Under the pieces are notes generated by a model. That model was not told the DNA's origin. It ran no database searches and was given only the letters and a program-made list of their open reading frames with translations. Of a stretch of 64,000 bases of DNA, positions 1 to 7,826 are shown in pieces. The DNA lies in IMG/VR virus record IMGVR_UViG_3300046543_000386, positions 2,754 to 66,753 of that record; one strand, written 5' to 3'. Each line of letters starts with the position of its first letter. Within the stretch, counting starts at the first letter, position 1. This DNA comes from a virus. The position numbers and the translations under genes are program-made.

Positions 1-775
1 GCGCGATCAGATCCAGGCTGTCGCTGTCGGCGCCAGTGAAACCGTAGATGGCCTGATGGCGATCTCCCACCGCGACGACGCGGCCACCGGGGGCGAGGAG
101 GGCACGGACGAGTGCCCGACGAGCCGGGTTGGTGTCCTGCGCCTCGTCCACGAAAACCCACCGGTTGCGCCAGAAGCGAACCTTCTTGATCAGCGGCAGG
201 TACACCATGTCATCGAAGTCCACGATGTCGGTGACGCTGTTGCTCTCGCGCAGCAGCGCGATGCCGGAAGCCACGAATGCCTCGGTGGCGTCGTCATCGA
301 GGTCTTCGCTGGCCAGCACGTCGAAATGGCTGATGATGTCGAACCACAGGCTGCGGTCATCGATGCTGCCCAGCACGCCCAGAGCGCGCTGCTTGGCCAG
401 CGATACCAGCTTCACCAGGGGAGCGATCAGCGGGTGCCGCTCGTCGTTGAGCAGCACGGCGGCGAGGTCCGACAGCTTGTTGCCGTCAACCTTCACGTTG
501 GGGAACGCCTTGCGGTAGGCGCGGAAGCCGAAGCTGTGAATGGTACCGGCGTCGGCGGTCTTCCAGTCGATCCCGCGAAGTTGCAATTTCCCTTTGATCT
601 CGTCAGCGATTTTCTTGTTGTAGGCGAGGAAGGCCACGCCGCCGCCGGTACGGGAGATCGCTTCGATCAGCGTGGTGGTCTTGCCCGCGCCCGCGACGGC
701 CTCAAGCACGCAGGAGCCAGAGCCGTTGGAGATCCACTCTAGGAACACGGCCTGTTGTGCCGAAGGTGTAAACAT
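1..775 (-). CDS. UvrD/Rep-like superfamily 1 helicase (partial, runs off window start)
   Basis: Manual translation MFTPSAQQAVFLEWISNGSGSCVLEAVAGAGKTTTL...FLAYNKKIADEI...TIHSFG: Walker A, motif Ia and the TxHS motif. AAGGA RBS upstream. Absent from the ORF track because no stop lies in the window. Confidence 0.88.
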   Translation of the reverse strand, partial: MFTPSAQQAVFLEWISNGSGSCVLEAVAGAGKTTTLIEAISRTGGGVAFLAYNKKIADEIKGKLQLRGIDWKTADAGTIHSFGFRAYRKAFPNVKVDGNKLSDLAAVLLNDERHPLIAPLVKLVSLAKQRALGVLGSIDDRSLWFDIISHFDVLASEDLDDDATEAFVASGIALLRESNSVTDIVDFDDMVYLPLIKKVRFWRNRWVFVDEAQDTNPARRALVRALLAPGGRVVAVGDRHQAIYGFTGADSDSLDLIA

Positions 776-820
776 CGTGAAGGTCCTTATCTCAGGGGTG
801 GGCGCGATTGCCCTGCCCCC

Positions 821-850
821 TAAGTAAGGCCACGTTGACGCTTCGTCAAC
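821..850 (-). promoter_or_regulatory. sigma70-type promoter of the helicase with overlapping palindromic operator
   Basis: Minus strand TTGACG-N17-TACTTA; perfect palindrome GTTGAC-GCTTC-GTCAAC at 834-850. Confidence 0.6.
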
Positions 851-857
851 AGGAAGT

Positions 858-1076
858 TCAGGTTTTTTGCACTTTTCTTGGCTTGGCGAAGGCCACGAAC
901 GCGCTGTTCAGCATCACCTCGATGAAGTGCGCGATGGTCTGTCCCTGGAGGATTTCCGCGTCCACGGTCTCCGGGTCAAGGCCGGTGACCATCAGGTGCA
1001 TCTCGCACGGCTCGTTCCCGATGCGCGGGCGCACCCGGATATACCGCGCCCTGAACCGCACCGGAGCGCGGCTCAT
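858..1076 (-). CDS. hypothetical protein
   Basis: ORF MSRAPVRF..., ATGA overlap with upstream gene, GGAG RBS. Confidence 0.55.
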   Translation of the reverse strand: MSRAPVRFRARYIRVRPRIGNEPCEMHLMVTGLDPETVDAEILQGQTIAHFIEVMLNSAFVAFAKPRKVQKT

Positions 1077-1354
1077 AGCTGCTCCTCCGGATACACCTTG
1101 GCGTCGTCCATCACCTGCACCCACGCGGCCCGCACCGCCCGGCGCCAGATCGCGCCGTGTGGCTTGATGGTGCGCAGCAGCCTCTCGTGCCCGGCGGCGT
1201 AGTTGTAGCCGTAGCGCAGGGGCCGCTTGCGGACCACCGCGAACACCCGGTGCTGGCCGTCTTCGCGCAACTGTACCTCGTAGTCTTGCAGTTCCAGGCT
1301 GCCCTTGACCTTGACCCGCACGGCCGCGACCGGGGGGATGACCGGGGGCATCAC
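1073..1354 (-). CDS. hypothetical protein
   Basis: 93 aa ORF overlapping both neighbours by 4 bp. Confidence 0.6.
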   Translation of the reverse strand: MMPPVIPPVAAVRVKVKGSLELQDYEVQLREDGQHRVFAVVRKRPLRYGYNYAAGHERLLRTIKPHGAIWRRAVRAAWVQVMDDAKVYPEEQL

Positions 1355-1602
1355 TTCACCCCCTGCGCGCGCTGCCAGGGGTTGTAGCCCACGGCGCGCT
1401 TGATGATGGCGTGAAACTCCTTCGATTCCTCGGCACTTTCCGGCTCGTCGCAGAACTCCGGAAGGTTCTCATCGGCGGTCCATGCCCGCCACAGCTTGAT
1501 CGCGTCCTCGGCGCTTTTCAGCCCGAAACTCAGGTCTTCGTGCTGGAACGCCAGCCACCCGGCGGCGAGGAGAAGCTCCTCGCGGGCATTGTTCTCGCTC
1601 AT
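1351..1602 (-). CDS. hypothetical protein
   Basis: MSENNAREELLL..., protein-like composition, AAGGA upstream. Confidence 0.6.
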   Translation of the reverse strand: MSENNAREELLLAAGWLAFQHEDLSFGLKSAEDAIKLWRAWTADENLPEFCDEPESAEESKEFHAIIKRAVGYNPWQRAQGVK

Positions 1603-1603
1603 G

Positions 1604-1810
1604 TCAGGCATCCTTCCGGGTTTCGCGGTCGAGCAGATCGGCCTTGCGGTGCAGTTCCTTGGCGCGCACGGAGCGGCCGTCGAGGTAGGCGTAGTGCGCC
1701 TCGTAGCGCAGCCGGTCGGCGCCCACCCTGCGGTCATTATTGGTGAGCGCGACCGGCTTGCGGCGCGCGTTCCACCGGTCTTCAAGGTTGGTGACCCTAG
1801 CGAACGTCAT
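1604..1810 (-). CDS. hypothetical protein
   Basis: MTFARVTNLEDRW..., preceded by CAAGGACCA RBS motif. Confidence 0.6.
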   Translation of the reverse strand: MTFARVTNLEDRWNARRKPVALTNNDRRVGADRLRYEAHYAYLDGRSVRAKELHRKADLLDRETRKDA

Positions 1811-1873
1811 GGGAGTGGTCCTTGTGCTCGGCGTGGCACTTGCCATCGCCTGGGGCGTGATTGCCCCGCCCGA

Positions 1874-1974
1874 CGCCTAGCACTCCCGTTGTCAGCAGGT
1901 CAACACGATCCGCAGGAAAGCTGAAAATTATTTTTGCGATTGTGGTTGACGCCTCGACAACGCGTGCCTACCCT
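1874..1974. promoter_or_regulatory. divergent promoter pair with two operator-like near-palindromes
   Basis: Rightward TTGACG(1946)-N17-TACCCT with an AT-rich UP-like tract; weaker leftward TTGACC; sites GTTGTC-N5-GTCAAC (1888-1904) and GTTGAC-N5-GACAAC (1945-1961). Confidence 0.55.
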
Positions 1975-2002
1975 TTGCGTGTCGAAACGCACGAGGACCG
2001 CC

Positions 2003-2224
2003 ATGGCTGGAACCCGACGCCGCACCAAGAACCTCCCCGAATATCTAATGAACGGCTGGATCATCAAGAAACGGCCCAACACCTTCGCGGAGAAATACGC
2101 CTACGAGGCGACGGCCTGGAACAGCGAGGGATACCTGCTGGCGTTGCACGGTTTCTTCTCGCTGAACACCGCCCGCGCCTTCTGCCGCAAGACCCCGGCC
2201 CCCACCGTGGAGGAGAAGCCATGA
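2003..2224 (+). CDS. hypothetical protein
   Basis: MAGTRRRTK..., GAGGACC RBS, first gene after the rightward promoter. Confidence 0.6.
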   Translation: MAGTRRRTKNLPEYLMNGWIIKKRPNTFAEKYAYEATAWNSEGYLLALHGFFSLNTARAFCRKTPAPTVEEKP

Positions 2225-2424
2225 TCTACCACGCGATGCGCTACCGCACGACGCGGTTCCGCCTGCGCTGCCCCGACTGTGCCGGTGATGGCACCGCCGG
2301 GATCTGCGGCCCGGTCGATACCTACGGCGAGAACGATCACTTCATCTACCGCGAGGGCGACATGATGACATGCCAACGCTGCCAGGGCACTGGCCGCATC
2401 TACATCGAAGTGGAGAACGAATGA
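2221..2424 (+). CDS. small DnaJ-type zinc-finger protein
   Basis: CPDCAGDG and CQRCQGTG (CxxCxGxG) motifs; GAGGAG RBS. Confidence 0.65.
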   Translation: MIYHAMRYRTTRFRLRCPDCAGDGTAGICGPVDTYGENDHFIYREGDMMTCQRCQGTGRIYIEVENE

Positions 2425-2627
2425 CCCCTATGGAGCTACGTGCCGCACTGAACACCCTGCGCTGGACGCAGGCGTTCGTGGCCCGCGAATGCGGCTACAC
2501 GCGGCAGGCCGCCGACCGGTGGCTGAACGGTACCGCCAGGATACCTGAGCCAGTTGAGGACTGGCTTGAGGCCCGCATGAACGGCGACCTGATCGATCCG
2601 CCAAAGCGCCTAGCCTATGAGTACTGA
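2421..2627 (+). CDS. XRE-family helix-turn-helix protein
   Basis: MTPMELRAALNTLRWTQAFVARECGYTRQAADRWLNGTARIP: XRE/Cro HTH pattern. Confidence 0.8.
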   Translation: MTPMELRAALNTLRWTQAFVARECGYTRQAADRWLNGTARIPEPVEDWLEARMNGDLIDPPKRLAYEY

Positions 2628-2697
2628 CCCCAGGAAGGCGCGCCCGACGGGGCTGATCCCGTCGGACGCATGTCTCCCACAGCACAAGGACCAACCG

Positions 2698-3597
2698 ATG
2701 CCGAAAGACGATACCAACATAGGACCCGTGCCCGCCCCTCGCAAGCCAAAGGCACTTGAGGTGGCCACCCCTGAATGGGTTGATACCTGCCTGCAACTCG
2801 GCCTGACCGACCGCTTCTCGATGGTCGTCATGATCACCGTCGAGGTCGCGCTCTACATGCTCGGGTTCAACACCCATAACCGCCCGTTCCACGCCGCTAC
2901 CATCGAGAAATACGTTGCCCTCATCAAGGACAGCGAATGGATGCTCACCTTCGAAAGCATCGCATTCTCCTACAACGGCATTCTGATCAACGGCCAGCAC
3001 CGCCTGATGGCCATCATCAGGGCCGGGGTCCCCGTGCCCCTGACGGTGTGGTTTGGCTGCGAGCCGGAAGAGTTTCAGGTGATCGACATCCCTGACGTAC
3101 GGACCCCCGCCGACATGGGCGTCCTGAGCGGCCTGGATCACGCCACCAGCCGCTCCACCCTGGCCCGCTACGTGCTGCGCTTCGAACGCCGCGTCCGCTC
3201 CAGCCCGTCCGTGAAGGTGCATCACAAGATGCTGGAGATGGCCAAGGAAGACCTCTACCCGGCCCTGCGCGCCGGGCACCGCATCTACCACCACCGCATC
3301 ATCACCCGCGCGGCCGGGGTGCTGGCCTATTACTGGATTGAGAAGAATACCAAGCAGCCCGACAAGCTGCCGACCTACTGGGAAGAGATCACCACGGGCG
3401 CCCTTCTGCCTCAGGGTGCCATCGCCCTGCGGTTTCGCGAGTGGCTGCGCACCGGCTTCCCATCCGGCTACTCGCAGGACCGCGCCTTCAAGGAAGCCGC
3501 CTTTACCGTGCTGGTGTGGAACACGTGGCTCAAGGGCAACAAGAAGCTGCCCCGCCTGGATTGGCCACACGCGCTCGATCTGCCGGAAGTCGATTGA
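2698..3597 (+). CDS. ParB/Srx-like (DGQHR-type) N-terminal domain protein
   Basis: NTHNRP...W...SIAFSYNGILINGQHRLMAII motif; CAAGGACCAA RBS before MPKDD. Confidence 0.7.
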   Translation: MPKDDTNIGPVPAPRKPKALEVATPEWVDTCLQLGLTDRFSMVVMITVEVALYMLGFNTHNRPFHAATIEKYVALIKDSEWMLTFESIAFSYNGILINGQHRLMAIIRAGVPVPLTVWFGCEPEEFQVIDIPDVRTPADMGVLSGLDHATSRSTLARYVLRFERRVRSSPSVKVHHKMLEMAKEDLYPALRAGHRIYHHRIITRAAGVLAYYWIEKNTKQPDKLPTYWEEITTGALLPQGAIALRFREWLRTGFPSGYSQDRAFKEAAFTVLVWNTWLKGNKKLPRLDWPHALDLPEVD

Positions 3598-3671
3598 CAT
3601 CCGGCATCTGTGACGTTACGAGACAGACAGGGGCGGGCATGGTGCCCGCCCCGTTTCGAGGGAAACCCGAT

Positions 3672-3935
3672 ATGCGTGAGATCCAGCTACCCCAGGTCAA
3701 TTGGAACGGCACCAGCCGCGACAGCCTGTTCAACCAATACCTCGCCGCCATTCGCGGCCTTGAGGGCGCCATGGAGATCCTGGCCCGTACCGCCCCGCAT
3801 GGCCGCGACTACCAGACCCTGGCCGACCCCAGCGAAGCCTTCGCCATTGCCGTCGAGCAGCACCGCGACCGGCTGGTGGCGCTGCACAAGGTATCGGAAG
3901 AGCTTCACGCCCTGGCCGAGAGCGTGCAGCCGTGA
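3672..3935 (+). CDS. hypothetical phage protein
   Basis: MREIQLPQVNWNGTS...PHGRDYQ; GAGGG RBS; upstream TTGACA-N17-TACGAG candidate promoter (3594-3622). Confidence 0.65.
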   Translation: MREIQLPQVNWNGTSRDSLFNQYLAAIRGLEGAMEILARTAPHGRDYQTLADPSEAFAIAVEQHRDRLVALHKVSEELHALAESVQP

Positions 3936-4210
3936 CCCAGATCAGCACCCGCCGGGTCACTTATTTCGCCATCCTGCTCTCCACCAGCTTCAAGGCGGGG
4001 GTGAGCGATGCCGCTACTGGCCGCCCCTTCAATGACAAGCTCGCCTCCAGCATCTGCTGGGGTTACGAGCGCGGCCGCATCTTCGCCACCGCGCTGAGGG
4101 CACAGGGCAAGCCGATCCCGACACTACCCCGGCGTGGCCAGCGCCGTGTCCTGTTCACCGGGGCGCTCGTGGCGCTCCGCAACATGTTCAAGGATGGAAC
4201 CCTGATATGA
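3932..4210 (+). CDS. hypothetical protein
   Basis: 4-bp overlaps with both neighbours. Confidence 0.6.
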   Translation: MTQISTRRVTYFAILLSTSFKAGVSDAATGRPFNDKLASSICWGYERGRIFATALRAQGKPIPTLPRRGQRRVLFTGALVALRNMFKDGTLI

Positions 4211-4389
4211 GGATCATCGAAACCAAGACGCTGAAAGCGTGGCGTGCATGCAATGAGTTGCTGCACGACATGAAGCGGGAACCCGCAACCATTGGCGAGT
4301 TCCTGGCGGTCTACAACCCGGAGCACGTCGATGGCGACATCATCGCTTTCGAGGTGCTCAATGCCCGCGATGCCGTCAAGGCGCCATGA
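4207..4389 (+). CDS. hypothetical protein
   Basis: ATGA-coupled 60 aa ORF. Confidence 0.55.
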   Translation: MRIIETKTLKAWRACNELLHDMKREPATIGEFLAVYNPEHVDGDIIAFEVLNARDAVKAP

Positions 4390-4613
4390 GCGCGCCTCAC
4401 GCCAGTGAGCCGCCGACCGCCAGCACCAGCGAGCTTCGCGACATGCTGGCGGCACTCGGCTGGACCTCGGGCCAGCTTGCCGCCCTGGCACACTGCAACC
4501 CGCGCACCGTGCGCCGCTGGATCAATGGCAGCCGGGAACCCCCGCTGCACATACTGAGCTTCCTGCATGCCTCCCTGCTGCTGCTGGGACCCGAAAAGGC
4601 AGAGGTAAGCTGA
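4386..4613 (+). CDS. XRE-family helix-turn-helix protein
   Basis: ELRDMLAALGWTSGQLAALAHCNPRTVRRWINGSREPP; similar to 2421-2627. Confidence 0.8.
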   Translation: MSAPHASEPPTASTSELRDMLAALGWTSGQLAALAHCNPRTVRRWINGSREPPLHILSFLHASLLLLGPEKAEVS

Positions 4614-4855
4614 TGGCCGGGCGCCTCAAAGGGGACCACCCGATGACCTCGGCGGAACGCCAGCGGGAATATCGCAGGCGAACCAAGAGCCGCCGCGACG
4701 AGCAACTGAAGATCCTGCTGGTCGCCCTGCGCACCATCGAGCAGGGCTACTCCACCCTACCGTCGGCCCGCGTCATCGCGGCCAACGCGCTCACCGTTTA
4801 TTACGACATCCAACGTGAATACGGCATGGACCGACTGCGAGGAGTAAAAACATGA
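4613..4855 (+). CDS. hypothetical protein (possible DNA-binding)
   Basis: PMTSAERQREYRRR basic motif; TGATG coupling. Confidence 0.6.
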   Translation: MAGRLKGDHPMTSAERQREYRRRTKSRRDEQLKILLVALRTIEQGYSTLPSARVIAANALTVYYDIQREYGMDRLRGVKT

Positions 4856-5172
4856 CGGACGATACCGGGGAGTTCGACCTCTACAAAGGCCGCGCCCGGC
4901 GCGACCGGGGGATGCTCCTCGTCGCTGGGAACAACAAGGATTTCGGCTACCAGTTTCTCCACACCGTCATCGCGCTGCCGAAAGGCTGGGTCGGGCAGTG
5001 CGAGGATATCCGCAAGGACTGGCCCGGCACGCGGCCGCGCCACCCCAATGCCTGGGGCGCCTGCTGGAACGGTGCCGTGAAGCGCGGCCTGCTGAAGCGG
5101 TTGCCGCAGATGGTCGCCATGACCGGCGTGCGGTCGCACGGCCGCAAGACCCACCTTCACGAGCGCATATGA
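4852..5172 (+). CDS. hypothetical phage protein
   Basis: GGAG RBS; HPNAWGA...SHGR motifs. Confidence 0.6.
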   Translation: MTDDTGEFDLYKGRARRDRGMLLVAGNNKDFGYQFLHTVIALPKGWVGQCEDIRKDWPGTRPRHPNAWGACWNGAVKRGLLKRLPQMVAMTGVRSHGRKTHLHERI

Positions 5173-5174
5173 CG

Positions 5175-5678
5175 CTAGAACATCACCTGCTGGCGGATCG
5201 CCCGCGCCTTGCGGATCTTGGCTGCCGACGGGCGCTTGAAGGTACGCCATTTCCGGCCCGGCGTGGTGGCCAGGGAAATGTCGCGCTGCTCGGCGGTGGG
5301 GAACATCGGCTGCTGCCGCCACGGCACCCCATGACGCGTCAGCGCCTCCTCCAGGCTGGCCACGCTCCACACCACGTCGAACGCCTCGCCATAGGCCTCG
5401 ATCACCGGGATCATGGCACGCTGCGTGTCGCTCAGTTTGCCCAGCGCCGACACCCGGCTCTTGGCCACCTTCAGTTCAAGGTGCAGGCGGCGCCTCGGGC
5501 CGACCATCCAGATCTCGATGTCGCTCAGGCCCGGCTTGCACCCCATCGCCTTCTTCTTCTCGCCCTCGCTCGCCCTGGACGTGGCGAGGTCGCGCGCGGT
5601 CCAGAAGATGTTGGGCGACAGGATATGCTTCAGATGAGTGGCGCAGGCGATCTGCAACCGATGCTCAGGCTGCTCCAT
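5175..5678 (-). CDS. VRR-NUC-like PD-(D/E)XK nuclease
   Basis: EHRLQ...KAMGCKPGLSDIEI...HLELKV...GKLSDTQ pattern typical of VRR-NUC. Confidence 0.78.
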   Translation of the reverse strand: MEQPEHRLQIACATHLKHILSPNIFWTARDLATSRASEGEKKKAMGCKPGLSDIEIWMVGPRRRLHLELKVAKSRVSALGKLSDTQRAMIPVIEAYGEAFDVVWSVASLEEALTRHGVPWRQQPMFPTAEQRDISLATTPGRKWRTFKRPSAAKIRKARAIRQQVMF

Positions 5679-5732
5679 GGCTTGCCCCGTGAATCACATG
5701 GGGCAGAGGTTACCCCCTGCCCCACGCGGAGC

Positions 5733-5939
5733 CTAGCGGCTGGTAACGCTAGGTGGCGCATCCGATGTCGCGGCAAGCCATCCACGATCTGCCGCACACC
5801 GCAGGCAGAATGCGCGTATGGGCTGGCCCCTGTCGATCACGATCCCGCCCGGCCCGGTTTGCGCCTCGCGCCCCGGCGTGAAGGTGATCGCCACCGCGCC
5901 GCAGGCGCATTTGAGGTCTTGCGTTCTGTAAACATTCAT
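5733..5939 (-). CDS. small putative zinc-binding protein
   Basis: CACG and CLRC motifs. Confidence 0.45.
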   Translation of the reverse strand: MNVYRTQDLKCACGAVAITFTPGREAQTGPGGIVIDRGQPIRAFCLRCAADRGWLAATSDAPPSVTSR

Positions 5940-5953
5940 GCATATTTTTCTTT

Positions 5954-6244
5954 ATGAAAATTACACAAACCGGCGGTAAGGCGGCGTTGAACCCACCACC
6001 GGATTGGGCAAAGATCTTGGTGAACAATACCAACATCAAGCCCGCGATGAAACGCATCCTGGCCGAATGTTACGGCGACAAGCTCACCTTGGGCGAGCTA
6101 TCGATGCTGCCGTGGAGTGAGATTCTGTCACTGCCGGGGGCGGGAAGGGTGGCGGCGGATTCATGCGTGGCGGCGATCTCGCGCGCCATTCGTGGCGAGC
6201 GCAAGCCCATCGGTCCCACCCTGTTCGACATGGCCAGCAAATGA
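5954..6244 (+). CDS. RNA polymerase alpha-CTD-like helix-hairpin-helix protein (start uncertain)
   Basis: LTLGELSMLPWSEILSLPGAGRVAADSCVAAI resembles the alpha-CTD pattern TxxDL....E.ELL.IP.FG.KS. Confidence 0.55.
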   Translation: MKITQTGGKAALNPPPDWAKILVNNTNIKPAMKRILAECYGDKLTLGELSMLPWSEILSLPGAGRVAADSCVAAISRAIRGERKPIGPTLFDMASK

Positions 6245-6993
6245 CCGGCGTGTTCGACCATTACGGCCTGGAGCATCTCAGCCCGTCATCGTGCAACCTG
6301 TTCGCCGCCGCCCCGGCGCTGTGGGTGATGGAGAAGGTACTGAAGAAAACCGGCCCGGTGGGGGCCGCCGCGCATCGCGGCAGCGCGGTCGAGGCGGGTA
6401 TCCTCTACGGCCTGTCGCACCCTGGCGACCCCAAGGCGGCCGCCACGGAGGCGCTGACGCATTTCTCGGGCAAGACCGCCCTGTCAGGCGACCCTCGGCT
6501 GGACCGCGAAATGGCGGGCATCCCCGACATGGTCCGCCAGGGGCTGATTGAGCTTGGCCCTTACGGCAAGCCCAGCGACACGCAGGGGCTGATCACCCTG
6601 CGCTTCGACGGATTGTCGGTACCGGTGATCGGCTACTACGACGCCGCCTGGAAACACCACAAGGTGCTGACCGACATAAAAACCACCCACGCCATGCCCA
6701 ACAAGGTGAAAAACCCCCACGCAAGGCAGGTGGCGCTCTACTGGGCTGGCTTCAAAGGCGAACTTGATCCCAGGCTGACCTACGTGACCCCCAAGAAAGC
6801 GGCCACGTATCGGCTGGAAAACCCGCAGGAACACCTCGACGCGCTGGCCAATATCGCCAGGACCATTGAGCGCTTTCTCGGCGTCAGCAAAGACCCCCAG
6901 GAACTGATCGGCCTGCTGGTGCCTGACGTTGATTCGTTTTACTTCAATGAACCCACCACCCGGCAAATGGCTTTCGAGGTGTGGGGACTCTAG
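6241..6993 (+). CDS. PD-(D/E)XK exonuclease (Cas4/RecB-like phage recombination nuclease)
   Basis: HLSPSS...HRGSAVE...IGYYD...TDIKTT...HARQVALY. Confidence 0.82.
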   Translation: MTGVFDHYGLEHLSPSSCNLFAAAPALWVMEKVLKKTGPVGAAAHRGSAVEAGILYGLSHPGDPKAAATEALTHFSGKTALSGDPRLDREMAGIPDMVRQGLIELGPYGKPSDTQGLITLRFDGLSVPVIGYYDAAWKHHKVLTDIKTTHAMPNKVKNPHARQVALYWAGFKGELDPRLTYVTPKKAATYRLENPQEHLDALANIARTIERFLGVSKDPQELIGLLVPDVDSFYFNEPTTRQMAFEVWGL

Positions 6994-7073
6994 TGACGCT
7001 AACCTAATACGGCATCCCGCGTTGGCGGGCAGGCAAGCGGCTGGCCAGATAGCCGCAATGATGGAGACTGAAA

Positions 7074-7757
7074 ATGGCTTTGTGGAAAGACGAGCCTCGT
7101 AGCAACGAAGCTTTCATGGATATCGTGAAGTTCGACAGCCGCAGCGGGCGCATGTCGCGCATCGACCGCGACGAGAGCGGCAACAACGTGCCGACCGAGA
7201 TCACGCGCCACTTCAAGGCCGTGTTCGACATGGAGCATATCGATGTCGGATACGTTAAATTCGCCGCCGGGGTGGCGCCTGACGCGGTGTGGGCGCCGTG
7301 GAGCGAGAATATGGTGTTTCCGGAGCAGCCCAGCACCGACCACCGCCGTGGCTTCCGCATCAAGGTGAAGCTGCACAAGGATTGCGGCGGCGACGTGCGT
7401 GAGCTTTCCGGCAACGCCAAGGCGCTGGTGAACGGCCTGAACGTGCTGCACAACAAATGGCTGGAGGAGCGCCAGAACCACCCCGGCAAGGTGCCTGTCG
7501 TGGTCCTGGGCGAGCCTGCCGTGATGGTGACCCAAAACCGCCAGGGCACCTCCACCAACTACTCCCCGACCTTCGACATCGTCGGCTGGGCCAATGTACC
7601 TGCGGAGTTCAAGGCATGGGTGCCCCAGGTCACACAGGCGCCCGTAGCGCGGCCCGCAGCGCCTCCGGTGACCGGCAGCACCCGCGTGGCGCCGCCGCCT
7701 GCACAGGCAGCCGTGCGCCAGCCTGTGATGGCTGACGACGATAACGATTTCGGCTAA
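7074..7757 (+). CDS. probable single-stranded DNA-binding/annealing protein
   Basis: Follows the exonuclease; beta-rich core, Pro/Ala linker, acidic-aromatic tail ADDDNDFG; GGAG RBS. Confidence 0.6.
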   Translation: MALWKDEPRSNEAFMDIVKFDSRSGRMSRIDRDESGNNVPTEITRHFKAVFDMEHIDVGYVKFAAGVAPDAVWAPWSENMVFPEQPSTDHRRGFRIKVKLHKDCGGDVRELSGNAKALVNGLNVLHNKWLEERQNHPGKVPVVVLGEPAVMVTQNRQGTSTNYSPTFDIVGWANVPAEFKAWVPQVTQAPVARPAAPPVTGSTRVAPPPAQAAVRQPVMADDDNDFG

Positions 7758-7795
7758 GGTCGGGCCTCTCGCTTGGCCACCATGCTAACAAACTC

Positions 7796-7826
7796 GGCGG
7801 GGGAGCGATCCCCCGCCCTTTTCTTT
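7796..7826 (+). terminator. rho-independent terminator
   Basis: GGCGGGGGA-GCGA-TCCCCCGCC then CTTTTCTTT, between convergent genes. Confidence 0.85.

Noticed and set aside
56-742. 228-aa plus-strand ORF
   Set aside because: Antisense shadow of the helicase gene, which carries the real motifs
2428-3600. 390-aa minus-strand ORF
   Set aside because: Antisense shadow of the HTH and ParB-like genes
6241-6993. Cas4 / CRISPR-associated interpretation
   Set aside because: Lacks the Fe-S cysteine cluster; no array; context is a phage recombination module
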